A stretch of DNA of 64,000 bases. Origin: Eledone cirrhosa (taxonomy: Eukaryota). A model generated the notes under the pieces. The model was not told the origin of the DNA, searched no databases, and was given only the letters and a program-made list of their open reading frames with translations. The DNA lies in the NCBI GenBank assembly GCA_964016885.1, contig OZ024741.1, forward strand, positions 411,494,001-411,558,000, written 5' to 3'. Position 1 is the stretch's first letter. Every line of letters starts with the position of its first letter. The position numbers and the translations under genes were made by a program. Shown here in pieces: positions 35,284 to 49,900 of this stretch.

Positions 35284-35395
35284 ATTAAAAGCCAATAATC
35301 TATAAAGTGCCTGGAATCTATTCCTTGAGCTCATTAAATTATAAGGGATTAACGTGAGTCATTAACTCCATTTTTTGATTTGATATATATATATT

Positions 35396-35660
35396 CATCA
35401 TCATCATCATCATCATCATTTAATGTCTATCTTCCACGCTAGCATGGGTTAGACTGGAGTTGTCCTACTTGAGGCAAGATTGGTCGGGTGACCGTATCTC
35501 ACTCATATAGGACTCTCTGGCAGGTTTTCTACGGCTGGATGCTCTTCCTAACACCAACCACATTTACAGAGTGGACTGGGAGCTTTTTACCTTGTCTCCT
35601 ACACTACCACATTACAGCGTGGACTGTGTGTTTTTTTGTCGTGACACCTACACGACCTCA
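35396..35660 (-). mobile_element. Diverged SINE 3' half with (ATG)n tail
   Basis: (ATC)n, then gctagcatgggttagac..ttctacggctggatgc.cttcctaacaccaacc; related to 33735-33947 in reverse. Confidence 0.7.
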
Positions 35661-35971
35661 TTAGTTTGGACTGGATGTTGTGGTACCAACATAACTTTAT
35701 AGAGAAAAGGGTGGTGTTGGTGGGAGTGGGAGGATGGAGTAGGGGTAGTAGATTGGGGTGTATGTTTGGTTTGGAGGGGCCTACTGACTGTAGGTTAACT
35801 TTGCACATAGGGAAGGCGGGTCTTCTGTATTACTGCGAGGTGCCAAAGATCTCGATCCAGTGATATTGTCTTAGAGAGGTGTAAGTGTGTAAGGTTGGAC
35901 TATATATATATAAATATATATGTATATATATATAATATAAGATCAAAAGATGGTTAAAGGAGTTCCATGTA

Positions 35972-36038
35972 TTTTATTATGCGCATTTCAAAAACAAACA
36001 TCATCATGCAATAATATTTGTGTTTTCATCAGATAAAA
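35972..36038 (-). ncRNA. Type-I hammerhead ribozyme HH4 with fully canonical core
   Basis: Minus strand: UUUUAU-CUGAUGA-[36-nt stem II AAACACAAAUAUUAUU..GAUGAUGUUUGUUUUU, several G-U pairs]-GAAA-UGCGCA-U-A^-AUAAAA. Stem III is the perfect palindrome AUGCGCAU. Confidence 0.82.
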
Positions 36039-36447
36039 CAGGAGAACATGATATGAAGGCTAAAAAACACTTGTGGATAGTGCAGTTTTAAATCAACATA
36101 TGAAAAGTGGTTTTAGATTGATGTGTGATATTGGGAAAAATATTTTATTTAGAGAGGGGGGGTGGAAAGGATGAAAAAGGGGAGGAGATGAGAGGGAGAG
36201 ATGGGTGATAGAGAGAAAGAGATAGTTTTTATAACTGAGAGGAGATATATTGTTTTACATAGAGAGGTTGAAAACCGTTGGAAGATAATGTATAAATTAA
36301 AAGAATTTGAAAATTAACGAAGGGAGGATATGTGCGAGGAAAAAATATTTATGTATAATATGTATACTCCAGTCCTACAAACTGTAGAGTGCTTCTTATC
36401 CGATATCTGCATTGCTTTATTGTACTACAATAAAACTCACCTCCTAC

Positions 36448-36450
36448 ATA

Positions 36451-36544
<94 letters not shown>
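36448..36544. repeat. (TA)n microsatellite
   Basis: Directly visible. Confidence 0.97.
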
Positions 36545-36547
<3 letters not shown>

Positions 36548-36643
36548 ATTTTGTAGGCTGAGAAAGTGGATATATATAACCTGGTTGAAAACATTTACCA
36601 TTTGGAAACCTGCTGGAATAGAAGTTTGTCAGACAAGTAATAA

Positions 36644-36775
36644 TCTTCTTCTTCTTTTTTCTCCTCCTTCTCCTCCCACTTATTCCTGAGAGGGTCGCGG
36701 GGGAAGAGTCCTTAAGCCCTCCTTCCATCGGCTCCTGTCAGAAGCAACCGTCTCCAGTTAATCCAACTGGATCCC
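36644..36775 (-). mobile_element. 3' remnant of an RTE-like LINE
   Basis: (CTT)n/(CCT)n tail; minus strand reads ASDRSRWKEGLKDSSPATLSGIS. Confidence 0.5.
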
Positions 36776-36797
36776 TTAATGAGACTAATTGTATTAT

Positions 36798-37280
36798 TAG
36801 TCTCACTTAATGAAGGTGTATGGCTTAGTGGTTTGTGTGTTGGACATGCAATTGTGAGGTTGGGAGTTTCATTCCTGAGATGGGTGTTACATTGTGTCCT
36901 TGAGCAAGACACTTTAATTCATACTACCACAATTCATTCAGCTGGAACAGATGAGTTGCAATGTCGCTGATGTGAAGCTGAGAAGTCAATAGCCCAGCTT
37001 CAGACTGTGAAGATCTGTGAAAACTCTTTTCAAAATAATCAACAATTTAGAAGGATTTAGTTAATATAACTAACTTTCTCATTATTAAGTTGGTATGTGG
37101 GATATAACTTAACAAAGGTTCTTACAGAAAATTATGATTGAAGGTTTTTAGATAAATATAAACACTTTATGATAAACAGTTTTGTATAATTTAACCAGAG
37201 GTGTTTGGAACATAACGTAACAAAGGTTCTTACATAAAATTATGACAGAAGGTTTTTATATAAATATAAACACTTTAAAA
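36798..37280 (+). repeat. Near-identical copy of the 14824-15270 SINE plus flank
   Basis: tagtctcacttaatgaaggtgtatggcttagtgg..ctttctcattattaagttggt shared with only a few substitutions over ~300 bp. Confidence 0.9.
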
Positions 37281-37351
37281 TAGTTTTGTAGAACCAGGTG
37301 TGGTTTCAAGTGGTTTGGTATCAGTAATACTTTTTTTTTCTCATTTTCCAG

Positions 37352-37457
37352 TTTAAATATTTGGAAAGTGTTGGTGATGTCATTTGTGATAGAAGAGATA
37401 AAGCTGACCTATGAAACCCTCCATGAAATCACCGAAAAATCTCTAAAACTTGATCAG
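37352..37457 (+). CDS. Host gene exon E (phase 2 in, 0 out): LNIWKVLVMSFVIEEIKLTYETLHEITEKSLKLDQ
   Basis: Strong acceptor tttttttttctcattttccag|, donor cag|gtaggt. 106 nt = 1 + 35 codons, matching the phase-2 end of exon D. Confidence 0.82.
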
Positions 37458-37934
37458 GTAGGTAATAATATTTGACCTTTATTGCATGAAGAAAATAAAA
37501 TAGGCAAATATTTTGTTTTTTTTTCTTATTATTTTATGGGCTGAAATATTCGCATGAGGATCTTCTGATGTCCTGCTCTCAGGGAGATTTTTCTCTGAAC
37601 ACCTGCTGTCCAGCTATCGAGGGGTTTTCTTCTCTGAAAATCTTCTGCTGTCCGGCTCTCCAGGGAAATTCTTACCACAACTGTTTCATGGAATATTGAC
37701 AATGACTCCCTGGGTAATGATATAGAACAGGGGTCCCTATACAGGTCAAGATTGCTAGCATGGGTTAGATGAGTTTTCCTGTTGTAAGCAATGCCAGGTT
37801 AGGTGACCATATCTTGCTAATACAGAACTGATTCGTTTTTCCAGCTCTCCTTTTTGGAGGTCAATATTACACCGGATGCACTTTTGACATGAAAATTGTT
37901 TTTGATCTGTTTTCAATGAAATCCATGGAGAAAC

Positions 37935-40900
37935 CTTCCTAGTAACCTCCCAATAAACCTACCAATAAACCTACCTAGAAACCTACCAGTAAAACTACAT
38001 AGAAACCTACCTTGGAACCTACCAATAAACCTACCAATGAACCTACCAATAAACCTCCCAATAAACCTACCAATAAACCTACCTAGAAACCTACCAATAA
38101 AACTACCAATAAACCTACCAATAAACCTCCCAATAAACCTACCAATAAACCTACCTTGGAACCTACCAATAAACCTACCAATGAACCTACCAATAAACCT
38201 CCCAATAAACCTACCAATAAACCTACCTAGAAACCTACCAATAAAACTACATAGAAACCTACCAATGAACCTACCAATAAACCTACCAATAAACCTACCA
38301 ATAAACCTACCTAGGAACCTACCAATAAAACTACCAATAAACCTACCAATAAACCTACATAGAAACCTACCAATAAACCTACCAATAAACCTACCAATAA
38401 ACCTACCTGGAAACCTACCAATAAACCTACCTAGAAATCTACCAATAAAGCTACCAATAAACCTAACAATAAACCTACCTAGGAACCTACCTATAAACCT
38501 ACATAGAAACCTACCTAGAAACCTACCAGTAAACCTACCAATAAACCTACCAATAAAACTACCTACAAACCTACCAGTAAAACTACATACAAACCTACCA
38601 ATAAACCTACCTAGAAACCTACCTAGAAACCTAACAATAAACCTACCAATAAACCCCCCTAGAAACCTACCAATAAACCTACCAATAAACCTACCAATAA
38701 ACCTACATAGAAACCTACCAATAAAACTACCAATAAACCTACCTAGAAATCTACCTAGAAACCTAGTAATAAACCTACATAGAAATCTACCAATAGACCT
38801 ACAAATAAACCTACCAATAAACCTACCAACAAACCTCCCTAGAATCCTACCAATAAACCTACCTCGGAACCTACCTAGAAACCTACCAATAAACCTACCT
38901 AGGAACCTACTTGAAACCTACAAATAAACCTACCAATAAACCTACCAATAAACCTACCTAGAAACCTACCTAAAAGCCTACCTAGAAACCTACATAGAAA
39001 CCTACCTAGAACCCTACCAATAAACCTACCTAGGAACCTACCAATAAACCTACCTAGAAACCTACCAATAAGTCTACCTAGAAACCTACCAATAAACCTA
39101 CCAATAAACCTACCTAGAAACCTACCAATAAACCTACCAATAAACCTACCTAGAAACCTACCAATAAACCTAACAATAAACCTACCTAGAAACCTACCAA
39201 TAGACCTACCAATAAACCTACCTAGAAACCTAACAATAAACCTCCCTAGAAACCTAACAATAAACCTACCAATAAACCTCCCTAGAAACCTACCAATAAA
39301 CCTACCTAGAGACCTACCTAGGAACCTACTTGAAACCTACCAATAAACCTACCAACAAACCTCCCTAGAAATTTACCAATAAACCTACCAATAAACCTAC
39401 CATTAAACCTGCCGAGAAACCTACCAATAAACCTACCAATAAACCTACCTAGAAACCTACTTGAAACCTACCAATAAACCTACCAACAAACCTCCCTAGA
39501 AATTTACCAATAAACCTACCAATAAACCTGCCTAGAAACCTACCTAGAAACCTACCTAGAAACCTAGCAATAAACCTACCAATAAACCTACCAATAAGCC
39601 TACCTAGAATACTACCAATAAACCTACCAATAAACCTACCTAGAAACCTACCAATAAACCTACCTAGAAACATACCTAGAAACCTACCAATAAACCTACC
39701 TAAAAACCTACCAATAAGCCTACTTAGAAACCTACCAATAAACATACCAATAAACCGACCTAGGAAACTACCAGTAAACCTACCTAGAAACCTACCAATT
39801 CACCTACCAATAAACTAACAATAAACCTACCTAGGAACCTACGAATAAACCTACCACTAAACCTCCCTAGAAACGTACCTACAAACGTACCTAGAAACCT
39901 ACCAATAAACCTACCAATAAACCTACCTAGAAACCTACCAATAAACCAAACAATAAACCAAACAATAAACCTACCTAGGAACCTACCTATAAACCTACAT
40001 AGAAACCTACCTAGAAACCTCCATAGGAACCTACAAATAAACCCCCCCTAGAAAGCTACCAATAAACCTACCAATAAACATACCTAGAAAACTACCAATA
40101 AACCTACCAATAGACTTACCTAGAAAACTACCTATGAACCTGTCTAGAAACCTAGCAATAAACCTAAATAGAAATCTACCAATAGACCTACCAATAAACC
40201 TACCAACAAACCTCCCTAGAATCCTACCAATAAACCTACCTAGAAACCTACCAATAAACCTACCACTAAGCTTACAAATAAACCTACCTAGAAACTTACC
40301 AATAAACCTACCAATAAACCTACCAACAAACATCCCTAAAAACCTCCCAATAAACCCAGCAATAAACCTACCAATAAACCTACCAACAAACCTCCCTAGA
40401 AACCTACCAATAAACCTACCTAGGAACCTACTTGAAATCTACCAATAAAACTACCAATAAACCTACATAGAAACCTACCAATAAACCTACCTAGGAACCT
40501 ACTAATAAGCCTACCTAGAAACCTACCAATAAACCTACCAATAAACCTAGCTAGAAACCTACCTAGAAACCTACCTAAAAACCTACCTAGAAACCTACCT
40601 AGAAACCTACCAATAAACCTACCAATAAACCTACCAATAAACCTACCAATAAACCTACCTAGGAACCTACCAATAGACCTACCTAGAAACGTACCAATAA
40701 ACCTACCAATAAACCTACCAATAAACTTACCAATAAACCTACCTAGAAACCTACCTAGAAACATACCAATAAACCTACCAATAAACCTACCTAGAAACCT
40801 ACCAATAAACCTACCAATAAACCTACCTAGAAACCTACCATTAAACCTACCAATAAACCTACCAATAAACCTACCAAGGAACCTACTTGAAACCTACCAA

Positions 40901-43900
40901 TAAACCTACCTAGAAACCTACCAATAACCCTACCTAGAAACCTACCAATAAACCTAGCTAGAAACCTACCAATAAACCTACCTAGAAACCTACCAATAAA
41001 ACTACCGATAAAGCTACCAATAAGCCTACCAATAAACCTACCTAGAAACCTACCTAAAAACCTACCTAGAAAACTACCAATAAACGTACCTATAAACCGA
41101 ACTAGAAACCTACGAATAAACCTACCTAGAAACCTACCAATAAACCTACCAATAAACCTACCTAGAAACCTACCAATAAACCTACCTAGAAACATAGCTA
41201 GAAACCTACGAATAAACCTACCTAGAAACCTACCAATAAACCTACCAATAAACCTACCTAGAAACCTACCAATAAACCTACCTAGAAACCTACCAATAAA
41301 CCTACCAATAAGCCTACCTAGAAACCTACCAATAAACCTACCAATAAAGCTACCTAGAAACCTACCAATAAACCTACCTAGAAACCTACCAATAAACCTA
41401 CCTAGAAACCTACCAATAAACCTACCTAGAAACCTACCTAGAAACCTACCAATAAACCTACCTAGGAGCATACCAATAAACCTACCTAGAAACCTACTAA
41501 TAAACCTACCTAGAAACCTACCAATAAACCTACCTAGAAACCTACCAATAAACCTACCACTAAACCTACAAATAAACCTACCTAGAAACCTACCAATAAC
41601 CCTACCTAGAAACCTACCAATAAACCTACCAATAAACCTACCAAGGAACCTACTTGAAACCTACCTAGAAACCTACCTAGAAACCTACCAATAAACCTAC
41701 CAATAAACCTACCTAGAAACCTACCAATAAACCTACCAATAAGCCTACCTAGAAACCTACCTAGAAACCTACCAATAAACCTACCAATAAACCTACCAAT
41801 AAAACTACCTAGAAACCTACCAATAAACCTACCAATAAACCTACCTAGAAACCTACCTAGAAACCTACCAATAAACCTAGCAAGAAACCTACCAATAAAC
41901 CTACCTAGAAACCTAACGATAAGCTTACCTAGAAACCTACCAATAAACCTACCGATAAACCTACCAATAAACCTACCAATAAACCTACCTAGAAACCTAC
42001 CAATAAACCTACCTACAAACCTATCTAGAAACCTACCAATAAACCTACCCAGGAACGTACTTGAAACCTACCAATAAACCTACCAAGAAACCTACCTAGA
42101 AACCTACCTAGAAACCTACCTAAAAACCTACCTAGAAAACTACCAATAAACGTACCTATAAACCGAACTAGAAACCTACGAATAATCCTACCTAGAAACC
42201 TAACGATAAGCTTACCTAGAAACCTACCAATAAAACTACCAATAAACCTACCTAGAAACCTACCAATAAGCCTACCTAGAAACCTACCAATAAACCTACC
42301 AATAAACCTACCTAGAAACCTACCAATAAACCTACCTAGAAACATAGCTAGAAACCTACCAATAAACCTACCTAGAAACCTACCAATAAGCCTACCTAGA
42401 AACCTACCAATAAACCTACCAATAAAGCTACCAATAAACCTACCAATAAACCTATCTAGAAGCCTACCAATAAACGTACCTAGGAACCTATCAATAAATC
42501 TACCAATAAACCTACCTAGAAACCTACCAATAAACCTACCTAGAAACCTACCAATAAACCTACCTAGAAACCTACCTAGAAACCTACCAATAAACCTACC
42601 AATAAACCTACCAATAAACCTACCAATAAACCTACTTAGGAACCTACCAGTAAACCTACCAATAAACCTACCTAGAAACCTACCAATAACCCTACCTAGA
42701 AACCTACCAATAAACCTACCAATAAACCTACCTAGAAACCTACGTAGAAACCTACCTAGGAACATACCAATAAACCTACCTAGAAACCTACTAATAAACC
42801 TACCAAGGAACCTACCAATAAACCTACCTAGAAACCTACCAATAAACCTACCAATAAACCTACTTAGAAACCTACCAATAAACCTACTTAGGAACCTACC
42901 AGTAAACCTACCAATAAACCTAACTAGAAACCTACCAATAAACCTACCAATAAACCTACCAATAAACCTACCTAGAAACCTACCAATAAACCTACCACTA
43001 AACCTACAAATAAACCTACCTAGAAACTTACCAATAAACCTACCAATAAACCTACCAACAAACATCCCTAGAAACCTACCAATAAACCTACAAATAAACC
43101 TACCAATAAACCTACCAATAAACCTACCAACAAACCTCCCTAGAAACCTACCAATAAACCTACCTAGGAACCTACTTGAAATCTACCAATAGACCTACCA
43201 ATAAACCTACCAATAAACCTACCAACAAACCTCCCTAGAAACCTACCAATAAACCCAGCAATAAACTTACCAGTAAACCGACCAACAAACCTCCCTAGAA
43301 ACCTACCAATAAACCTACCTAGGAACCTACTTGAAATCTACCAATAAAACTACCAATAAACCTACATAGAAACCTACCAATAAACCTACCTAGGAACCTA
43401 CCAATAAGCCTACCTAGAAACCTACCAATACACCTACCAATAAACCTACCTAGAAACGTACCAATAAGCCTACCTAGAAACCTACCAATAAACCTACCAA
43501 TAAACCTACCTAGAAACCTACCAATAAACCTACCTAGAAACCTACCTAGAAACATACCAATAAACCTACCAATAAACCTACCTAGAAACCTACCAATAAA
43601 CCTACCAATAAACCTACCTAGAAACATACCAATAAACCTACCAATAAACCTACCTAGAAACCTACCAATAAACCTACCAATAAACCTACCTAGAAACCTA
43701 CCATTAAACCTACCAATAAACCTACCTAGAAACCTACCAATAAACCTACCAATAAACCTACCAAGGAACCTACTTGAAACCTACCAATAAACCTACCTAG
43801 AAACCTACCAATAACCCTACCTAGAAACCTACCAATAAACCTAGCTAGAAACCTACCAATAAACCTACCTAGAAACCTACCAATAAACCTACCGATAAAG

Positions 43901-46900
43901 CTACCAATAAGCCTACCAATAAACCTACCTAGAAACCTACCTAAAAACCTACCTAGAAAACTACCAATAAACGTACCTATAAACCGAACTAGAAACCTAC
44001 GAATAAACCTACCTAGAAACCTACCAATAAACCTACCAATAAACCTACCTAGAAACCTACCAATAAACCTACCTAGAAACATAGCTAGAAACCTACCAAT
44101 AAACCTACCTAGAAACCTACCAATAAACCTACCAATAAACCTACCTAGAAACCTACCAATAAACCTACCTAGAAACCTACCAATAAACCTACCAATAAGC
44201 CTACCTAGAAACCTACCAATAAACCTACCAATAAAGCTACCTAGAAACCTACCAATAAACCTACCTAGAAACCTACCAATAAACCTACCTAGAAACCTAC
44301 CAATAAACCTACCTAGAAACCTACCTAGAAACCTACCAATAAACCTACCTAGGAGCATACCAATAAACCTACCTAGAAACCTACTAATAAACCTACCTAG
44401 GAACCTACCAATAAACCTACCTAGAAACCTACCAATAAACCTACCAATAAACCTACCTAGAAACCTACCTAGAAACCTACCAATAAACCTACCTAGAAAC
44501 CTACCAATAAACCTACCACTAAACCTACAAATAAACCTACCTAGAAACCTACCAATAACCCTACCTAGAAACCTACCAATAAACCTACCAATAAACCTAC
44601 CAAGGAACCTACTTGAAACCTACCTAGAAACCTACCTAGAAACCTACCAATAAACCTACCAATAAACCTACCTAGAAACCTACCAATAAACCTACCAATA
44701 AGCCTACCTAGAAACCTACCTAGAAACCTACCAATAAACCTACCAAAAAACCTACCAATAAACCTACCTAGAAACCTACCAATAAACCTACCAATAAACC
44801 TACCTAGAAACCTACCTAGAAACCTACCAATAAACCTAGCTAGAAACCTACCAATAAACCTACCTAGAAACCTAACGATAAGCTTACCTAGAAATCTACC
44901 AATAAACCTACCGATAAACCTACCAATAAACCTACCAATAAACCTACCTAGAAACCTACCAATAAACCTACCTACAAACCTATCTAGAAACCTACCAATA
45001 AACCTACCCAGGAACGTACTTGAAACCTACCAATAAACCTACCAAGAAACCTACCTAGAAACCTACCTAGAAACCTACCTAAAAACCTACCTAGAAAACT
45101 ACCAATAAACGTACCTATAAACCGAACTAGAAACCTACGAATAATCCTACCTAGAAACCTAACGATAAGCTTACCTAGAAACCTACCAATAAAACTACCA
45201 ATAAACCTACCTAGAAACCTACCAATAAGCCTACCTAGAAACTTACCAATAAACCTACCAATAAACCTACCTAGAAACCTACCAATAAACCTACCTAGAA
45301 ACATAGCTAGAAACCTACCAATAAACCTACCTACAAACCTACCAATAAGCCTACCTAGAAACCTACCAATAAACATACCAATAAAGCTACCAATAAACCT
45401 ACCAATAAACCTATCTAGAAGCCTACCAATAAACGTACCTAGGAACCTATCAATAAATCTACCAATAAACCTACCTAGAAACCTACCAATAAACCTACCT
45501 AGAAACCTACCAATAAACCTACCTAGAAACCTACCTAGAAACCTACCAATAAACCTACCAATAAACCTATCAATAAACCTACTTAGAAACCTACCAATAA
45601 ACCTACTTAGGAACCTACCAGTAAACCTACCAATAAACCTACCTAGAAACCTACCAATAACCCTACCTAGAAACCTACCAATAAACCTACCAATAAACCT
45701 ACCTAGAAACCTACGTAGAAACCTACCTAGTAACATACCAATAAACCTACCTAGAAACCTACTAATAAACCTACCAAGGAACCTACCAATAAACCTACCT
45801 AGAAACCTACCAATAAACCTACCAATAAACCTACTTAGAAACCTACCAATAAACCTACTTAGGAACCTACCAGTAAACCTACCAATAAACCTAACTAGAA
45901 ACCTACCAATAAACCTACCAATAAACCTACCAATAAACCTACCTAGAAACCTACCAATAAACCTACCACTAAACCTACAAATAAACCTACCTAGAAACTC
46001 ACCAATAAACCTACCAATAAACCTACCAACAAACATCCCTAGAAACCTACCAATAAACCTACAAATAAACCTACCAATAGACCTACCAATAAACCTACCA
46101 ACAAACCTCCCTAGAAACCTACCAATAAACCTACCTAGGAACCTACTTGAAATCTACCAATAGACCTACCAATAAACCTACCAATAAACCTACCAACAAA
46201 CCTCCCTAGAAACCTACCAATAAACCCAGCAATAAACCTACCAGTAAACCGACCAACAAACCTCCCTAGAAACCTACCAATAAACCTACCTAGGAACCTA
46301 CTTGAAATCTACCAATAAAACTACCAATAAACCTACATAGAAACCTACCAATAAACCTACCTAGGAACCTACCAATAAGCCTACCTAGAAACCTACCAAT
46401 ACACCTACCAATAAACCTACCTAGAAACGTACCAATAAGCCTACCTAGAAACCTACCAATAAACCTACCAATAAACCTACCTAGAAACCTACCAATAAAC
46501 CTACCTAGAAACCTACCTAGAAACATACCAATAAACCTACCAATAAACCTACCTAGTAACCTACCAATAAACCTACCAATAAACCTACCTAGAAACCTAC
46601 CAATAAACCTACCAATAAACCTACCTAGAAACCTACCAATAAACCTACCAATAAACCTACCTAGAAACCTACCAATAAACCTACCAATAAAGCTACCAAT
46701 AAACATAGCTAGAAACCTACCTGAAAACCTACCTAGAAACCTACCAATAAACCTACCAATAAACCTACCAATAAACCTACCTAGGAACCTACCAATAGAC
46801 CTACCTGGAAACCTACCAATAAACCTACCAATAAACCTACCTAGAAACCTACCAATAAACCTACCTAGAAACCTACCTAGAAACATACCAATAAACCTAC

Positions 46901-49900
46901 CAATAAACCTACCTAGAAACCTACCAATAAACCTACCAATAAACCTACCTAGAAACCTACCAATAAACCTACCAATAAACCTACCAATAAACCTACCAAT
47001 AAACCTACCAAGGAACCTACTTGAAACCTACCAATAAACCTATCTAGGAACGTACTTGAAACCTACCAATAAACCTACCAATAAACCTCCCAATAAACCT
47101 ACCTAGAAACCTACCAATAAACCTACCACTAAACCTACAAATAAACCTACCTAGAAACCTACCAATAAACCTACCAATAAACCTACCAACAAACATCCCT
47201 AGAAGCCTACCAATAAACCTACCAATAAACCTACCAACAAACCTCCCTAGAAACCTACCAATAAACCCAGCAATAAACCTACCAATAAACCGACCAACAA
47301 ACCTCCCTAGAAACCTACCAATAAACCTACCTAGGAACCTATCAATAAACCTACCTAGAAACCTACCAATAAACCTACCAATAAACCTACCTAGAAACCT
47401 ACCAATAAACCTACCAATAAACCTACCTAGAAACCTACCAATAAACCTACCAATAAAACTACCAATAAACCTACCAAGGAACCTACTTGAAACCTACCTA
47501 GAAACCTACCTAGAAACCTACCAATAAACCTACCTAGAAACCTACCAATAAACCTACCAATAAACCTACCTAGAAACCTACAAATATACCTACCAATAAA
47601 CCTACCAATAAACCTACCTAGAAACCTACCTAGAAACCTACCAATAAACCTAGCTAGAAACCTACCAATAAACCTACCTAGAAACCTAACGATAAGCTTA
47701 CCTAGAAACCTACCAATAAACCTACCGATAAAGCTACCAATAAGCCTTCCAATAAACCTACCTAGAAACCTACCAATAAACCTACCTACAAACCTATCTA
47801 GAAACCTACCAATAAACCTACCAATAAACCTACCCAGGAACGTACTTGAAACCTACCAATAAACCTACCAAGAAACCTACCTAGAAACCTACCTAGAAAC
47901 CTACCTAAATACCTACCTAGAAAACTACCAATGAACGTACCAATAAACCGAACTAGAAACCTCCGAATAAACCTACCTAGAAACCTACCAATAAGCCTAC
48001 CTAGAAACCTACCAATAAACCTACCAATAAACCTACCTAGAAACCTACCAATAAACCTACCTAGAAACATAGCTAGAAACCTAACAATAAACCTAACTAG
48101 AAACCTACCAATAAACCTACCAATAAAGCTACCAATAAACCTACCAATAAACCTACCTAGAAACCTACCAATAAACGTACCTAGGAACCTACCAATAAAC
48201 CTACCAATAAAACTAACTAGAAACCTACCAATAAACCTACCTAGAAAACTACCAATAAACCTACCTAGAAACCTACCTAGAAACCTACCAATAAACCTAC
48301 CTAGGAACATACGAATAAACCTACCTAGAAACCTACTAATAAACCTACCTAGGAACCTACCAATAAACCTACCAATAAACCTACCAATAAACCTACCTAG
48401 AAACCTACCTAGAAACCTACCAATAAACCTACCAATAAACCTACCAATAAACCTACCTAGAAACCTACCAGTAAACCTACCTAGAAACCTACGTAGAAAC
48501 CTACCAATAAACCTACCAATAACCCTACCTAGAAACCTACCAATAAACCTACCAATAAACCTACCAATAAACCTACCTAGAAACCTACGTAGAAACCTAC
48601 AAATAAACCTACCACTAAACCTACAAATAAACCTACCTAGAAAATTACCAATAAACCTACCAATAAACCTACCAATAAACCTACCAACAAACCTCCCAAG
48701 AGAACCTACCAATAAACCCAGCAATAAACCTACCAATAAACCGACCAACAAACCTCCCTAGAAACCTACCAATAAACCTACCTAGAAACCTACCAATAAA
48801 CCTACCTAGAAACATAGCTAGGAACCTACCAATAAACCTACCTAGAAACCTACCAATAAGCCTACCAATAAACCTACCTAGAAACCTACCAATAAACCTA
48901 CCAATAAACCTACCAATAAACCTACCAAGGAACCTACTTGAAACCTACCAATAAACCTACCTACAAACCTACCTAGAAACCTAACAATAAACCTACCAAT
49001 AAACCTACCTAGAAACCTACCAACAAACCTACCAATAAACCTACCTAGAAACCTACGTAGAAACCTACCCAGAAACCTAACTAGGAACCTACCATTAAAC
49101 CTACCAATAAACCTACCTAGAAACCTACCAATAACCCTACCTAGAAACCTACCAATAAACCTAGCTAGAAACCTACCAATAAACCTACCAATAAACCTAC
49201 CTAGAAACCTACCAATAAACCTACCTAGAAACCTACCAATAAACCTACCTAGAAACCTACCAATAAGCCTACCAATAAACCTACCTAGAAACCTACCAAT
49301 AAACCTACCTACAAACCTATCTAGAAACCTACCAATAAACCTACCAATAAACCTACCCAGGAACGTACTTGAAACCTACCAATAAACCTACCAAGAAACC
49401 TACCTAGAAACCTACCTAGAAACCTACCTAAAAACCTACCTAGAAAACTACCAATAAACTTACAAATAAACCTACCTAGAAACCTACCAATAAACCTACC
49501 AATAAACCTACCAATAAACCTACCCAGGAACGTACTTGAAACCTACCAATAAACCTACCAAGAAACCTACCTAGAAACCTACCTAGAAACCTACCTAAAA
49601 ACCTACCTAGAAAACTACCAATAAACCTACCAATAAACCTACCTAGGAACCTACTTGAAACCTACCAATAAACCTACCAATAAACGTACCAATAAACTGA
49701 ACTAGATACCTACGAATAAACCTACCTAGAAACCTACCAATAAGCCTACCTAGAAACCTACCAATAAACCTACCTTGAAACATAGCTAGAAACCTACCAA
49801 TAAACCTACCTAGAAACCTACCAATAAACCTACCTAGAAACCTACCAATAAACCTACCAATAAAGCTACCAATAAACCTACCAATAAACCTACCTAGAAA

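Noticed and set aside
37555-37675. Three degenerate ~42-bp repeats (tcttctg.tgtcc.gctctc.aggga)
   Set aside because: Too short and decayed to assign any function.
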